Source: Candidatus Latescibacterota bacterium
GTDB lineage: Bacteria; Latescibacterota; UBA2968; UBA8231
Direction of reading: 5' to 3'
NCBI GenBank assembly: GCA_965242865.1
Contig: CBDETK010000013.1
Coordinates: 1,088,001 to 1,152,000 of the forward strand
DNA: 64,000 nt
Part shown: in pieces, positions 45,552 through 55,101 of the stretch
How the letters are laid out: every line of letters begins with the position of its first letter
How positions within the stretch are numbered: position 1 is the stretch's first letter
Position numbers and translations under genes: made by a program
The notes under the pieces: model-generated
The model's input: only the letters and a program-made list of their open reading frames with translations
What the model was told of the DNA's origin: nothing
Databases searched by the model: none

Positions 45552-45591
45552 TTTCCGTTTTCTTCCGTTCTATCCGATTAATAGAGTAGAA
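45552..45591 (+). promoter_or_regulatory. Bipartite motif TTTCCG-N17-CGATTA, copy 2
   Basis: TTTCCG 45552-57, CGATTA 45575-80, then ATAGAGTAGAA; about 69 nt before the Ubl gene. Confidence 0.65.
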
Positions 45592-45648
45592 AGCAGAGAC
45601 AGGCAATGGAGCCTATATCTAGCTCTAAGGTCAAGGAGGCCTTATATA

Positions 45649-46155
45649 ATGGATCGTATCGATGTGTTTTACCAATGTGAGGGGATCAGCGAGATCGGGC
45701 AGATCGATGTTGACGCTGACGCTACCTTCGCGACGGTCAAATCCGAGCTCGCCGACAAGCACGGCCTCGCCGAGGAAGTGATCATCTCTCTAGAGGATGA
45801 TGACGAACGAATCGACGAAAACAGGCAAGTGAAGGAATTCGCCGACCTGACCGTCATTATGGTCCACCTGAATCGCTGCCGTTGCATCGAAGCCAGTGTG
45901 AACTATAACGGTCGTACTGTCGATCACAGCTTCGGACCGAGCGCGACTATCGCCCGTGTCAAAAAATGGGCGGCTGAGGAGTATGGAATGAGTCCCGAAG
46001 ATGCCGGTGAACATTCCCTGCAAATCGTCGACACTCAAAACAGGCCAGCACCGGGGACTCATATTGGTAGGCTGGTTTGCTGCCCTGATTGCAACTTGGC
46101 CTTCGACCTCGTTGCCGACGAGCGCGTGAACGGGTCGACCGGGAGCACAGCTTGA
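45649..46155 (+). CDS. bilA: Ubiquitin-like protein, two-domain ISG15-like (Bil system)
   Basis: Two [16 protein letters not shown] beta-grasp-like units; ERVNG followed by a 6-aa extension; first gene of the Ubl-E2-JAB-E1 operon; AAGGAGG RBS. Confidence 0.75.
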   Translation: MDRIDVFYQCEGISEIGQIDVDADATFATVKSELADKHGLAEEVIISLEDDDERIDENRQVKEFADLTVIMVHLNRCRCIEASVNYNGRTVDHSFGPSATIARVKKWAAEEYGMSPEDAGEHSLQIVDTQNRPAPGTHIGRLVCCPDCNLAFDLVADERVNGSTGSTA

Positions 46156-46619
46156 GCCCCCCTGACCAACGGGCATTCGAGGCGGACGTGGCAAAGGCCA
46201 CGTTCCGCCTTGGAGAACGACAAGGGCGTTGGTGCTTGATCTGCATAGATTGGCCCTTCGTCTTGATCTCTGTGACTGCAAAAGACAGACGCGAATATGT
46301 GCTACGCTTCAACTGTGCAGGTTATCCGCAAGACCCGCCCACGGGCGGCCTGTGGGATCGCACCCGGAATGCGATCTTGGAACCCAATTGCTGGCCACAG
46401 GGCCAAGGGGGTCGCGTTTCGGCAGTTTTCCGCTCCGACTGGAAGAGTGGATCTGCTTTGTACTTACCTTGCGACCGTGAAAGCATTGCTGGACACGATG
46501 GCTGGCGAACCGAGATGCCGTCAAAAATCTGGCGTCCGGCTGACGGGATCATCCAATACTTGGAAATCGTTTATGAACTTCTCCATAGCCCAGATTATAC
46601 GCCGCTGCCTTGCACCTAA
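46152..46619 (+). CDS. bilB: E2-like conjugating enzyme
   Basis: [23 protein letters not shown] (candidate catalytic Cys), H.GW; TTGA overlap with the Ubl gene. Confidence 0.75.
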   Translation: MSPPDQRAFEADVAKATFRLGERQGRWCLICIDWPFVLISVTAKDRREYVLRFNCAGYPQDPPTGGLWDRTRNAILEPNCWPQGQGGRVSAVFRSDWKSGSALYLPCDRESIAGHDGWRTEMPSKIWRPADGIIQYLEIVYELLHSPDYTPLPCT

Positions 46620-47091
46620 GCATGAACTGTCCTGTTCTTGGTTTCTCTGGCGTCGCTTGCTCACCGGCTTACGGGAGCGCGGTCACAGCGAGTCGCGGGA
46701 AAGCGGTGCTTTTCTACTAGGTTACCATAACGGCCAACGTGCCCGCATCGTTGATTTTGTCTTGTATGATGATCTCGATCCGCACTGCCTTGATACCGGC
46801 ATCGTCCGATTCGACGGGCGATATTTCGGAAAACTTTGGGATATTTGCAAAAACCGTGATCTGATTGTCGTGGCCGATGTTCATGTCCATCCGAGGGGAT
46901 CACAGCAAAGTGAGTCGGATCGCACCCATCCTATGATTTCGTGTAAAGGGCACTTGGCACTAATCCTGCCGCGTTTTGCAGCCAATCCGCTCCCAAGGCG
47001 CGAAATTGGTATCTACCGATACCAAGGGGCCAAGCAGTGGCAGAATATTGCGTCCACTGACCGGAGGGCTTTTTTCCATATCGGCCTATAG
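46573..47091 (+). CDS. bilC: JAB/MPN deubiquitinase-like peptidase
   Basis: RESGAFLLG...DVHVHP....QSESD JAMM motif. Confidence 0.8.
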   Translation: MNFSIAQIIRRCLAPKHELSCSWFLWRRLLTGLRERGHSESRESGAFLLGYHNGQRARIVDFVLYDDLDPHCLDTGIVRFDGRYFGKLWDICKNRDLIVVADVHVHPRGSQQSESDRTHPMISCKGHLALILPRFAANPLPRREIGIYRYQGAKQWQNIASTDRRAFFHIGL

Positions 47092-47101
47092 GGAATTATC
47101 T

Positions 47102-48466
47102 ATGAACGCTAAACCGAATGCCGACAGCCTGCACCGCTTGGTTAAGTACGCGCTCGATAGCGGAGAGGCCAAGACTCTCGCCGAGGCGGAGAAGCTATTT
47201 CGTGGCTATCGCCTTGCGCTTACCATTCACGGGGCCGAATCTCGAAGTTCACTCAATCAAGTCGCGTTGTTGACGGCGGTTGCTCTTGGCCGCCGTGTAT
47301 TCCTCGGCGGAGTTTCCGTAGAAGGCGACTTAGATGTACCGCTGAAAGTACCGCTACCGCTCCGCTCTAGGCTTCACGAGGCTGTGGGCGATCTCGGTGG
47401 ATCGGTTACGCCTTCTGACGACGAAACGCCGACCATTGCTATTGGTGGCGGCCCTCGCCCACGACAGCCTGGGTTTCACATCCGTACGGCAATCGCCGGA
47501 TGGCGCGGTGGCATCCTTCCGGCGCACTCAGAATTGGTGCCGACCCCTGGACCTACGATTCCGTTAGCGGCTATGCTGTCCGCTGGCCTCGCGGTCAATG
47601 AAGCCTTCCAGTTTGTGGACAGCGGCGGTCCTGCGGTGGGACGACGACCAATAGGATTGTCGCTGTGGCGGCCCGATGCAGACTGGCTGGCATCCGACTT
47701 AGACGGGCCTCAGATTGCCTATCTTCCATCGCGGCTTTGGCTGATCGGGCTCGGGCACCTAGGACAAGCGTATCTTTGGGGGCTTGGGTTACTGCCCTAT
47801 AAGGATCCGGGGAAGCTCTCTCTCGTCCTGCAAGATATAGATAAGATCACGCCATCGACCGAAAGCACATCGATCTTGAGCGGCGCGGGCACGGTGGGCC
47901 AAAAAAAGACCCGTGCTATGGCAGCTTGGGCAGAAAAACGTGGGTTTGCGACAGCGTTGCACGAGCGACTGTTCGATGCCAGTTTCCGCCGCCAAGATAG
48001 AGAACCAACCGTCGCGTTGTGTGGTTTGGATAATGCGCCAGGACGGCAAGCACTTGATCAAGTGGGCTTTGAGTTGATTGTCGAGGCTGGGCTTGGGAGA
48101 GGGCAACAAGACTTCCGTACCATGCGCCTGCACGTACTACCGGGGGCACGTTCGGCGAAGGAGCTTTGGAAACTGGCAGCACCTGCTGAAACAGCTACGG
48201 ATCGCCCCGCCTATCAAGAGATGCTCAAAAGTGGCGAATTGGATCGTTGCGGCGTTACGCTTCTAGCCGGTAAGGCGGTCGGTGCTCCCTTTGTAGGCAC
48301 CGTGGCTGCTACGCTGGTACTGTCTCAAGTGCTACGCTTACTCCACGGCGAGAGCCCCTATCAGCTAATCGATCTTAATCTGCTCTCTGTTGACCATTGC
48401 TCTACCGTTCCTAGTTCCAAGTGCTTTCAGTCTCTCAACCCCGGATACACTGCCGAACTCTATTGA
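47102..48466 (+). CDS. bilD: E1-like activating enzyme (N-terminal inactive domain + ThiF + Cys domain)
   Basis: LIGLGHLG, LQDID, CGLDNAPGR, EAGLG, LDRCG (candidate catalytic Cys), GAPFVG. Confidence 0.78.
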   Translation: MNAKPNADSLHRLVKYALDSGEAKTLAEAEKLFRGYRLALTIHGAESRSSLNQVALLTAVALGRRVFLGGVSVEGDLDVPLKVPLPLRSRLHEAVGDLGGSVTPSDDETPTIAIGGGPRPRQPGFHIRTAIAGWRGGILPAHSELVPTPGPTIPLAAMLSAGLAVNEAFQFVDSGGPAVGRRPIGLSLWRPDADWLASDLDGPQIAYLPSRLWLIGLGHLGQAYLWGLGLLPYKDPGKLSLVLQDIDKITPSTESTSILSGAGTVGQKKTRAMAAWAEKRGFATALHERLFDASFRRQDREPTVALCGLDNAPGRQALDQVGFELIVEAGLGRGQQDFRTMRLHVLPGARSAKELWKLAAPAETATDRPAYQEMLKSGELDRCGVTLLAGKAVGAPFVGTVAATLVLSQVLRLLHGESPYQLIDLNLLSVDHCSTVPSSKCFQSLNPGYTAELY

Positions 48467-48573
48467 GGATTAAAAGATAAGATGCCGAACCTTAATTACA
48501 CCGCGAATAGCTTCCCTTCGAGTTGGGGCCGCTACTCCATGGCTCGCGTTCCATTGAGTAGTAAGACCGTTCT

Positions 48574-50241
48574 TCAAACGACGTTGGTTGCGGCTACAGC
48601 GGAGGCGTCGTGATGTTTCCTTTTATCGACGAGGTGTTGCTCCAATTGGTCAATCAGCCCCATCAGTTCATCGACTTTGGCGACGATGCGGTGCTGTTCG
48701 GCAGTCGGCGGGAGTGGCACAGGCGCACGAAGGAGGTCGGTATCATTGATGGCGGGATACGCGACCCCTTTCATTTGGGCCGTGACGAAATCGACAAAAA
48801 ATGGAGCGCGGAGATAGAAGAACAAGAGACGGCTATGCACCCCAGAGTGCGGATGTAAAACGGCGAATGCCGTGGAGGCAATCGGCGTTGGAGAGTATTC
48901 GCAATCAACTACGGCGATGTTGAGTAGATATGGACGAACAGTAGAGTAGATGACCGATTCAAGACGAACCAACTTTCGGGCACGGGAAGGAGCCTCGCTG
49001 GGGTCGAGAATAGGAACTGCGCTGATGATTGCACCGCGTTTGTTGTCAATCGCGCTTACGTCAATGTACGAGAACGTTTTATCAGGCACCTTCTGGCCGA
49101 GATCGTGCGCCAGATCGTGGAGCCGCACCCAAGTCCAAGACCGGGGAATCTCAAAAGGAATCTCGGCGGACATAAGAGGGCCATAGGACTTGCGCTTTCG
49201 CACCTTCTTCTTTTTAACCAGTTCCGCCTTCTCAGCAACGATCAATTCGAGCAATCGGCCCGCTGGTTCGTCCCCCGAATCCTGCTCCACCAACCGCCCC
49301 CGTACCGCAAGCTGAAGCACGGCCTCGCGCAACGGCACCAGATCGGCCGGATCCGTGAACAAGTCGTCCATCCGCTCGGCAATGCACATCCATGCAGCCG
49401 AGACCTCTTTGGGGGTAGCAGCATTCCGAAGCGTGGCGAGTGCTGAGTCTCGGCCGGCGATGCGGGCGGCCTCGCGGCTACTCCGCGCAGCCTCCAGCCG
49501 GTCAATTAAACCCATCAATTCATCGACTTTGGCGACGATGCGGTGTTGTTCTGCTTCAGGCGGCAACGGAAATAGTGCTTGGCGAGCCTTGTCCGTTCCC
49601 AGTCGCGGCAGGTTCATGCCGTGTGTTGAGGAGTTGGCATACTGCACAAAGTACGGTGACTTCAATACAAGTCGAATGAATTGTGGAGTGAGACCGACGA
49701 ATCCTCTTATTGGCATTATCTCAGAAGTACATACACCATCTTCATTGGCGATAATTACCTTGTCGAGATACGGACGTAGCTTTCCGTATAAGACATCGCC
49801 TTTGTAGAAGCGATTTTTGGCACTCTTGAAGGGTCTCATTCCATAGCGCACCCGGTTAAGAAGCCGAGAAGACACCTTCTCTATATCTTCAAGTTCAAGT
49901 ACCCAGGTCTCTTTACTGACTTCGCTAGGCTCGGCTTTCTTGGTCGTCCCGTAACTAGTGATCTCCCCCAAGTGCGTCCATTCCCAACTGACGGGGATTC
50001 CAAAAGGAAACTCGGCGTCTTTTATCGTCGGTAGCGGTTTCCTCGTTCTGATCTGATGACTTCGACGCGCTTTTTCATCCGCAATGCGTTCCAGAAGCAC
50101 CGAGGCCGATTCGTCCCCCGCATCCTGCGGCACCAGCCTCCCCCGCACCGCAAGCTGAAGCACCAACGCCCGCAGCCGCTCAACCCCTCCCGGCGCCTCG
50201 GCGATCACATCAAACGCGGCGATGAACTCCCCCGGCGTCAT
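48574..50241 (-). CDS. hsdS: Type I R-M specificity subunit (two TRDs)
   Basis: Duplicated conserved blocks LQLAVRGRLV.QD, PF.IP.SW.W and PLPP.AEQHRIVAKVDELMGLID. Confidence 0.93.
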   Translation of the reverse strand: MTPGEFIAAFDVIAEAPGGVERLRALVLQLAVRGRLVPQDAGDESASVLLERIADEKARRSHQIRTRKPLPTIKDAEFPFGIPVSWEWTHLGEITSYGTTKKAEPSEVSKETWVLELEDIEKVSSRLLNRVRYGMRPFKSAKNRFYKGDVLYGKLRPYLDKVIIANEDGVCTSEIMPIRGFVGLTPQFIRLVLKSPYFVQYANSSTHGMNLPRLGTDKARQALFPLPPEAEQHRIVAKVDELMGLIDRLEAARSSREAARIAGRDSALATLRNAATPKEVSAAWMCIAERMDDLFTDPADLVPLREAVLQLAVRGRLVEQDSGDEPAGRLLELIVAEKAELVKKKKVRKRKSYGPLMSAEIPFEIPRSWTWVRLHDLAHDLGQKVPDKTFSYIDVSAIDNKRGAIISAVPILDPSEAPSRARKLVRLESVIYSTVRPYLLNIAVVDCEYSPTPIASTAFAVLHPHSGVHSRLLFFYLRAPFFVDFVTAQMKGVAYPAINDTDLLRAPVPLPPTAEQHRIVAKVDELMGLIDQLEQHLVDKRKHHDASAVAATNVV

Positions 50242-51746
50242 GCCGTCCGCTCCAATGCCTCGGCCAACGCCCGCTTTAGCTGCGCCCGCACGTTTGCCGC
50301 GGCAGCCCGTTCCTTCTCGTACAAGGCCAGCAATTCATTTGGGTCGCCGTGACCAGCCTCCGCCGCATTGGGGTTGGCGATGTCGAGGTTGAAGCCGCGC
50401 TCCCTGATTGCGTCGATGCCGACCTTCCAAGCGAACTCGTTTTCAGCCCGATAGTTCCACCACGCCTTCTCCGGTGCAAACTCCTCAATCCGCATCGGCT
50501 TGGTCTTGGAATAGGACTTGTAGCCCTCCGGGTAGGGATGCTCGTAGTACCACACCTCAGTAGTCGGCCTGCCCTTCTCAAAGAACAGCACATTGGTCTT
50601 GATCCCGGTGTACGGCGCGAACACCCCGTTGGGCAAGCGCACGATGGTGTGCAACTCGCACTCGGCGAGCAGTCGCTCTTTCAGGCGCGTTTTCACCCCC
50701 TCGCCAAACAAGGTGCCGTCCGGCAGCACCACCGCAGCCCGGCCCCCGGGCTTGAGCAACTCGACGATCAGCACCAAAAACAAGTCCGCGGTCTCCCGCG
50801 TGCGGAACTCGGCCGGGAAGTTGCGCTCAATGCCGTCCTCCTCCATGCCGCCAAACGGCGGATTGGTGAGCACCACATCGACCCGGTCGCCCATGCCGAT
50901 GTCGCGCAGGGGCCGGGCGAGGGTGTTGTCGTGCCGAATGCCCGTCGGCACGTCGAGGCCGTGGACGATCATGTTGGTGACACACAGCAGATGCGGCAGC
51001 GGCTTCTTCTCGACCCCTTGCATGCTCGCCTGAAGCTGCGCCTCTTGCGCTGGCGTCTTCACGTCCTGCCGCCGAATGTGCTCAATGGCGCACGTCAAAA
51101 AGCCGCCGGTGCCGCAGGCCGGGTCGAGGACCGATTCCCCGAGGCGAGGATTGAGCATGTCAACCGCGAATTGCGTCACCGCTCGTGGCGTGTAGTATTC
51201 GCCAGCATTGCCGGCACTCTGGAGGTCTTTGAGCAGTTGCTCGTAGATGTTGCCGAACAAGTGCCGGTTGGTGGCGTCGTTGAAATCAATGTCGGCCTCG
51301 ATCTTGTTGACCACCTGCCGCAGCAGGATGCCGGACTTCATGTACTGGTAAGCGTCCTCAAAAACGCCGCGCACCAAGCGACAGCGGCTCATCCGCACAT
51401 CCTCTTCCGCACTCGGCGGCTCAACCTCCATGCCCTTGAGCGCGGGAAACAGCGTTTCGTTGACAAAGGCGAGCAGCCTATCGCCGGTGGCCCCTTCCCG
51501 ATCCGCAGCCCACGCGCTCCAGCGCAAGTCCGCAGCGGTGCGAGTCTCGCCTTCCTCCATCCAAGTTACGTCAACCAACGGAGACGCGAAGCCCTCTTCG
51601 AGCAGTTCCAATTCCTGCTCGCGGTCGTTCCATATCTTGAGGAACAGCAGCCAGACGAGCTGACCAATGCGCTGGGCATCGCCATCGACGCCCACGTCCT
51701 TGCGCATGATGTCTTGAATGGACTTGATGGTGGTAGATAGAGACAC
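50238..51746 (-). CDS. hsdM: Type I R-M N6-adenine methyltransferase
   Basis: IKSIQDIMRKDVGVDGDAQR, GEYYTPR, DPACGTGGF, NPPF. Confidence 0.95.
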   Translation of the reverse strand: MSLSTTIKSIQDIMRKDVGVDGDAQRIGQLVWLLFLKIWNDREQELELLEEGFASPLVDVTWMEEGETRTAADLRWSAWAADREGATGDRLLAFVNETLFPALKGMEVEPPSAEEDVRMSRCRLVRGVFEDAYQYMKSGILLRQVVNKIEADIDFNDATNRHLFGNIYEQLLKDLQSAGNAGEYYTPRAVTQFAVDMLNPRLGESVLDPACGTGGFLTCAIEHIRRQDVKTPAQEAQLQASMQGVEKKPLPHLLCVTNMIVHGLDVPTGIRHDNTLARPLRDIGMGDRVDVVLTNPPFGGMEEDGIERNFPAEFRTRETADLFLVLIVELLKPGGRAAVVLPDGTLFGEGVKTRLKERLLAECELHTIVRLPNGVFAPYTGIKTNVLFFEKGRPTTEVWYYEHPYPEGYKSYSKTKPMRIEEFAPEKAWWNYRAENEFAWKVGIDAIRERGFNLDIANPNAAEAGHGDPNELLALYEKERAAAANVRAQLKRALAEALERTA

Positions 51747-51771
51747 GGCTTAGGATCATCCTTTCGCTATA

Positions 51772-51894
51772 TATATAGCAGTCCTAAATAACTTGAAGGC
51801 ATGAAATGTTGATCGGCACCGTCTTTTTCGCCTATGAAAAGTCATTCCCGCGAACGCGGGAATCCAGTCTTGAATGATGTAGGATTGCTATATA
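51772..51894. mobile_element. MITE-like element with ~15-bp terminal inverted repeats, TA-flanked, carrying an internal palindrome
   Basis: TATAGCAGTCCTAAA ... TGTAGGATTGCTATA (13/15) with TA on each side; internal GTCATTCCCGCGAACGCGGGAATCCAG. Confidence 0.6.
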
Positions 51895-51908
51895 AATGAA
51901 CTCAGGCA

Positions 51909-54245
51909 CTAGGCGGCGGTATCGTAAATGGCCGCTGCGAGCTCCTGCACGGCGGCGATGTACTCGTCTCTGCCGCCAAAGTGCCGAACCAACTCCAGCG
52001 GGGTCCCGAGGTCCGACAGCGGCTGCACACGCAGAACGCCCAGATCTTCAACCGAGGCCAGCCCTTCGTCCGCATACTTATCGAGCAGCGCATCGAGCAC
52101 GGCGCGGGCCGGTGCGCCGTAGCGGGTAAATACATCCCGCTTCTTCACGTTCTCAGCCCGCTCGCGCCGAGTGAGCGGGGGCTGGCCATAGACCACGCGG
52201 CAGATCAGGTCAAAGGCGTCCAAGTCTTGGCCGCCCTGCTCGCGCAACTCCTCAAACAGTACGCCCTGCTCGCGCAACTCCTCGAGCACCTCGGCCTTGC
52301 GGTCCGCCTCAGACCAGCGGCGCAAAAAGGCGTCTAAGGTGGCGTACTCTCGCTGCACGGTCTTGCGCGTGTAGTCGGTCAGGGACTCGGTGATGAGCCG
52401 GCCATCGCGGTCGAGATACTGGACGCGCTCGGCCATGACCTCGACCGCAACCCCGCTGACGACGTACCGCGTCGCGCCCTCCACCGCTGGCCCGTCCCTA
52501 TCTCTGCCATCACCCTCATAGCCATCAACGACATCGGACGCAATGGAATCGCCACTGTCAGGCTCATAAACGACGACCGGCTCGCCGTCAAAGTCCGGGT
52601 CGGCAAACAACTCGGTCGCCTTTTTGAAATCCATGATGGTAAACCAAAACTTGCCCGCGTCCTCGTGAATGCGGGTGCCGCGCCCGATGATCTGCTTGAA
52701 CTCAATAAGCGACTCAATGCGCTGGTCGAGCACGATGAGTTTGCAGGTCCTCACATCTACTCCGGTCGTCAACAGCTTCGAGGTCGTGGCAATGACTGGA
52801 TAACGCCGCTCAGGGTGAATGAAGTCGTCGAGCGCGAGCCGCCCCTCGTCGCTGTCGCCGGTGATGCGAACCACGAACTTCGAGACGTTACTCGCTTCCT
52901 GCGGCAGCCGCTTAGCGACCTCGTTGACTAGGGCCGAACGCATCCGCTCGGCATGGTCGATGGTCTCGCAGAAGACGATGGTTTTGCCGTAGGGATCGGT
53001 CGCCAACAGCTGCGCGACGACCTTCTCGGCGACGCGCCGGGTGCGCTCGTTTAGGACCAGCACCCGGTCCATGTCGCGCTGGTTGTAGATGCGATCTTCG
53101 AGCTCTCGACCGAGGTCATCGGTCATGCCCGTCGGGGGCCGCCACCCCTGCAAGTCCTTGTCGAGATCAACGCGCACGACCTTGAACGGCGCGAGAAAAC
53201 CGTCGTCAATGCCCTGCTTGAGACTGTAGGTGTAGATGGGGTCGCCAAAGTAACGGAGCGTACTGACCTCGGCGGTCTCCCTCGGCGTCGCCGTAAGCCC
53301 GAGTTGGACCGCCGGCTCAAAGTAATCGAGGATTTCCCGCCACGCACTCGCCTCGCGGGCACTGCCCCGGTGGCACTCGTCAATGACCACCAAGTCGAAA
53401 AATTCCCGGCTGAACTGCCGGTACACATCCTGCTCCTCCTCGTTGCCGCTGACGGCTTGGTAGAGCGCGATGTAAATCTCGTAACTCGGGTCCAAGTCGC
53501 GGTTGCGGACCTTGGTCATCACCGCGCCAAAAGGCTTGAAGTCGTTGGTGGCGGTCTGGTCCGCGAGGATGTTGCGGTCCACGAGGAACAGCACCCGCTT
53601 GACCTTCCCGGCCTTCCACAGCCGCCATATAATCTGAAAGACGGTGAAGGTCTTGCCCGTGCCGGTCGCCATGACCATCAACACCCGGCGCTGTCCCCGC
53701 GCAATGGCTTCGACCGCCCGCTGAATGGCAACCCGCTGATAGTACCGAAGCTCCTTACCGGCTAAATCTGCGTAGTAAGGCTGCCGGGCGAGCTTATCGG
53801 ATGCTTCGTCGAGTCCCTTCCAAGCCCGGTATCGCCGCCACAACTCGTCCGGCGACGGGAACTCGTCCAGCCCGATTTGCTTTTCTTTGGAGGACGACTG
53901 GCCGGTGCGGTCGTGGAACAGGAAGGCGTCGCCATTGGACGAGAAAACAAACGGCACGTCGAGGGCTGCAGCATAGCCAAGTGCCTGCTGCATCCCACCG
54001 CCGACCGGGTGGCTGTTGTCCTTGGCTTCAACTACGGCGAGCGGAAGGTTTGGCTGGCAGAACAGCAAATAGTCAGCGCGCTTCTTGTTGCCGCGCACGC
54101 CCAGCTTGCCCCGAACAATGACCTGCCCAGCAGTAAAGGTGTACTCGCGGCGGACCTGCGTCCGCTGATCCCACCCGGCCCGGACGATCGCTGGAGTGAT
54201 AAAGGCATCGCATATCTCCGCTTCGTTCAGGAGCTTCTTGTCCAT
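51909..54245 (-). CDS. hsdR: Type I R-M restriction subunit (EcoAI/EcoEI-like)
   Basis: RADY...VVEAK nuclease; RYYQ, MATGTGKT, DECHRG, TATP, QIIGRGTR; C-terminal PLTRRERA. Confidence 0.95.
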   Translation of the reverse strand: MDKKLLNEAEICDAFITPAIVRAGWDQRTQVRREYTFTAGQVIVRGKLGVRGNKKRADYLLFCQPNLPLAVVEAKDNSHPVGGGMQQALGYAAALDVPFVFSSNGDAFLFHDRTGQSSSKEKQIGLDEFPSPDELWRRYRAWKGLDEASDKLARQPYYADLAGKELRYYQRVAIQRAVEAIARGQRRVLMVMATGTGKTFTVFQIIWRLWKAGKVKRVLFLVDRNILADQTATNDFKPFGAVMTKVRNRDLDPSYEIYIALYQAVSGNEEEQDVYRQFSREFFDLVVIDECHRGSAREASAWREILDYFEPAVQLGLTATPRETAEVSTLRYFGDPIYTYSLKQGIDDGFLAPFKVVRVDLDKDLQGWRPPTGMTDDLGRELEDRIYNQRDMDRVLVLNERTRRVAEKVVAQLLATDPYGKTIVFCETIDHAERMRSALVNEVAKRLPQEASNVSKFVVRITGDSDEGRLALDDFIHPERRYPVIATTSKLLTTGVDVRTCKLIVLDQRIESLIEFKQIIGRGTRIHEDAGKFWFTIMDFKKATELFADPDFDGEPVVVYEPDSGDSIASDVVDGYEGDGRDRDGPAVEGATRYVVSGVAVEVMAERVQYLDRDGRLITESLTDYTRKTVQREYATLDAFLRRWSEADRKAEVLEELREQGVLFEELREQGGQDLDAFDLICRVVYGQPPLTRRERAENVKKRDVFTRYGAPARAVLDALLDKYADEGLASVEDLGVLRVQPLSDLGTPLELVRHFGGRDEYIAAVQELAAAIYDTAA

Positions 54246-54397
54246 CGCTGGTTATCCAATTGCCCTACCTGTAAGGCCGCGCCGATACAAACTCAGAAGC
54301 TGAAACCCTAATTTGTAAGAACCCTTCCTAAGTTTTCTTTGGCTAGTCTTGCATGACGACTCGTGCCGTCATTTGTATGTTGCCGATTCCTTTTAGG

Positions 54398-54447
54398 TCG
54401 GCACGGTCTTTTTTATTTATGTCATTCCCGCGAAAGCGGGAATCCAG
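54398..54447. repeat. REP/dRS3-like palindrome, second copy
   Basis: TCGGCACGGTCTTTTT...GTCATTCCCGCGAAAGCGGGAATCCAG, matching 51813..51867. Confidence 0.75.
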
Positions 54448-54498
54448 AAAAGGACCAAGCTAAATCAGAGACCGAAAATCTAATTTTAAGAACGCTTC

Positions 54499-55047
54499 TT
54501 AGAATATATCGTCGATCGGCAACGCAAAGCCCCGCAACGTCGGCGACTCCAACGTCTCCCCCTCCCCGTAGATACCTTCGACCGCAAAGCCGCGCTCGCC
54601 CAGCAACAGGACCGTTATGGTTCTTGCGTCCGTATCCACTATCCAGTACTCCCCCACCCCGTGCTCGGCATACAGCGCATATTTGAACGTCTTGTCGCGT
54701 TCTGCCGTTGAGGGCGACAGGATTTCGACGACCAAGTCCGGCGCACCCTGAAGGTTCGCCGGCGTGATGATGGAGGCGCGTCCATGGGAGACGAAGATCA
54801 GATCGGGCTGCACCACATCCCAGTCCGACAGCACCACGTCAAAGGGCGCGGGATACACCTCACCCAAGCGATTCTCATCCACAAATCGAAACAGTTTCGC
54901 TCCGAGCCGCATGGAAACTCTTTGGTGAGGCTCTCCCGGTGCAGGGGTCATAACTAACGCTCCATCCAGAAGCTCGTACCGCTCGTCTTCCGGCGTATTC
55001 AGGTAATCTTCGTACGTAAACTTGATTACAGGATTGGGAAGGCTCAT
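54499..55047 (-). CDS. Uma2-family endonuclease (copy 1)
   Basis: RYELLDG, HQ, VQPD, PDLVVEILSPST, K..LYA..GVGEYWIVD. Confidence 0.92.
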   Translation of the reverse strand: MSLPNPVIKFTYEDYLNTPEDERYELLDGALVMTPAPGEPHQRVSMRLGAKLFRFVDENRLGEVYPAPFDVVLSDWDVVQPDLIFVSHGRASIITPANLQGAPDLVVEILSPSTAERDKTFKYALYAEHGVGEYWIVDTDARTITVLLLGERGFAVEGIYGEGETLESPTLRGFALPIDDIF

Positions 55048-55101
55048 GGTTGCTGTCCTCTCTTCAAACGACGTTGGTTGCAGCGGCAAAGGCCCCGTGA
55101 T

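Noticed and set aside
36558-48466. CBASS or Pycsar (Cap2/Cap3-like E1-E2-JAB)
   Set aside because: No CD-NTase or cyclase and no effector nearby; each operon has its own Ubl.
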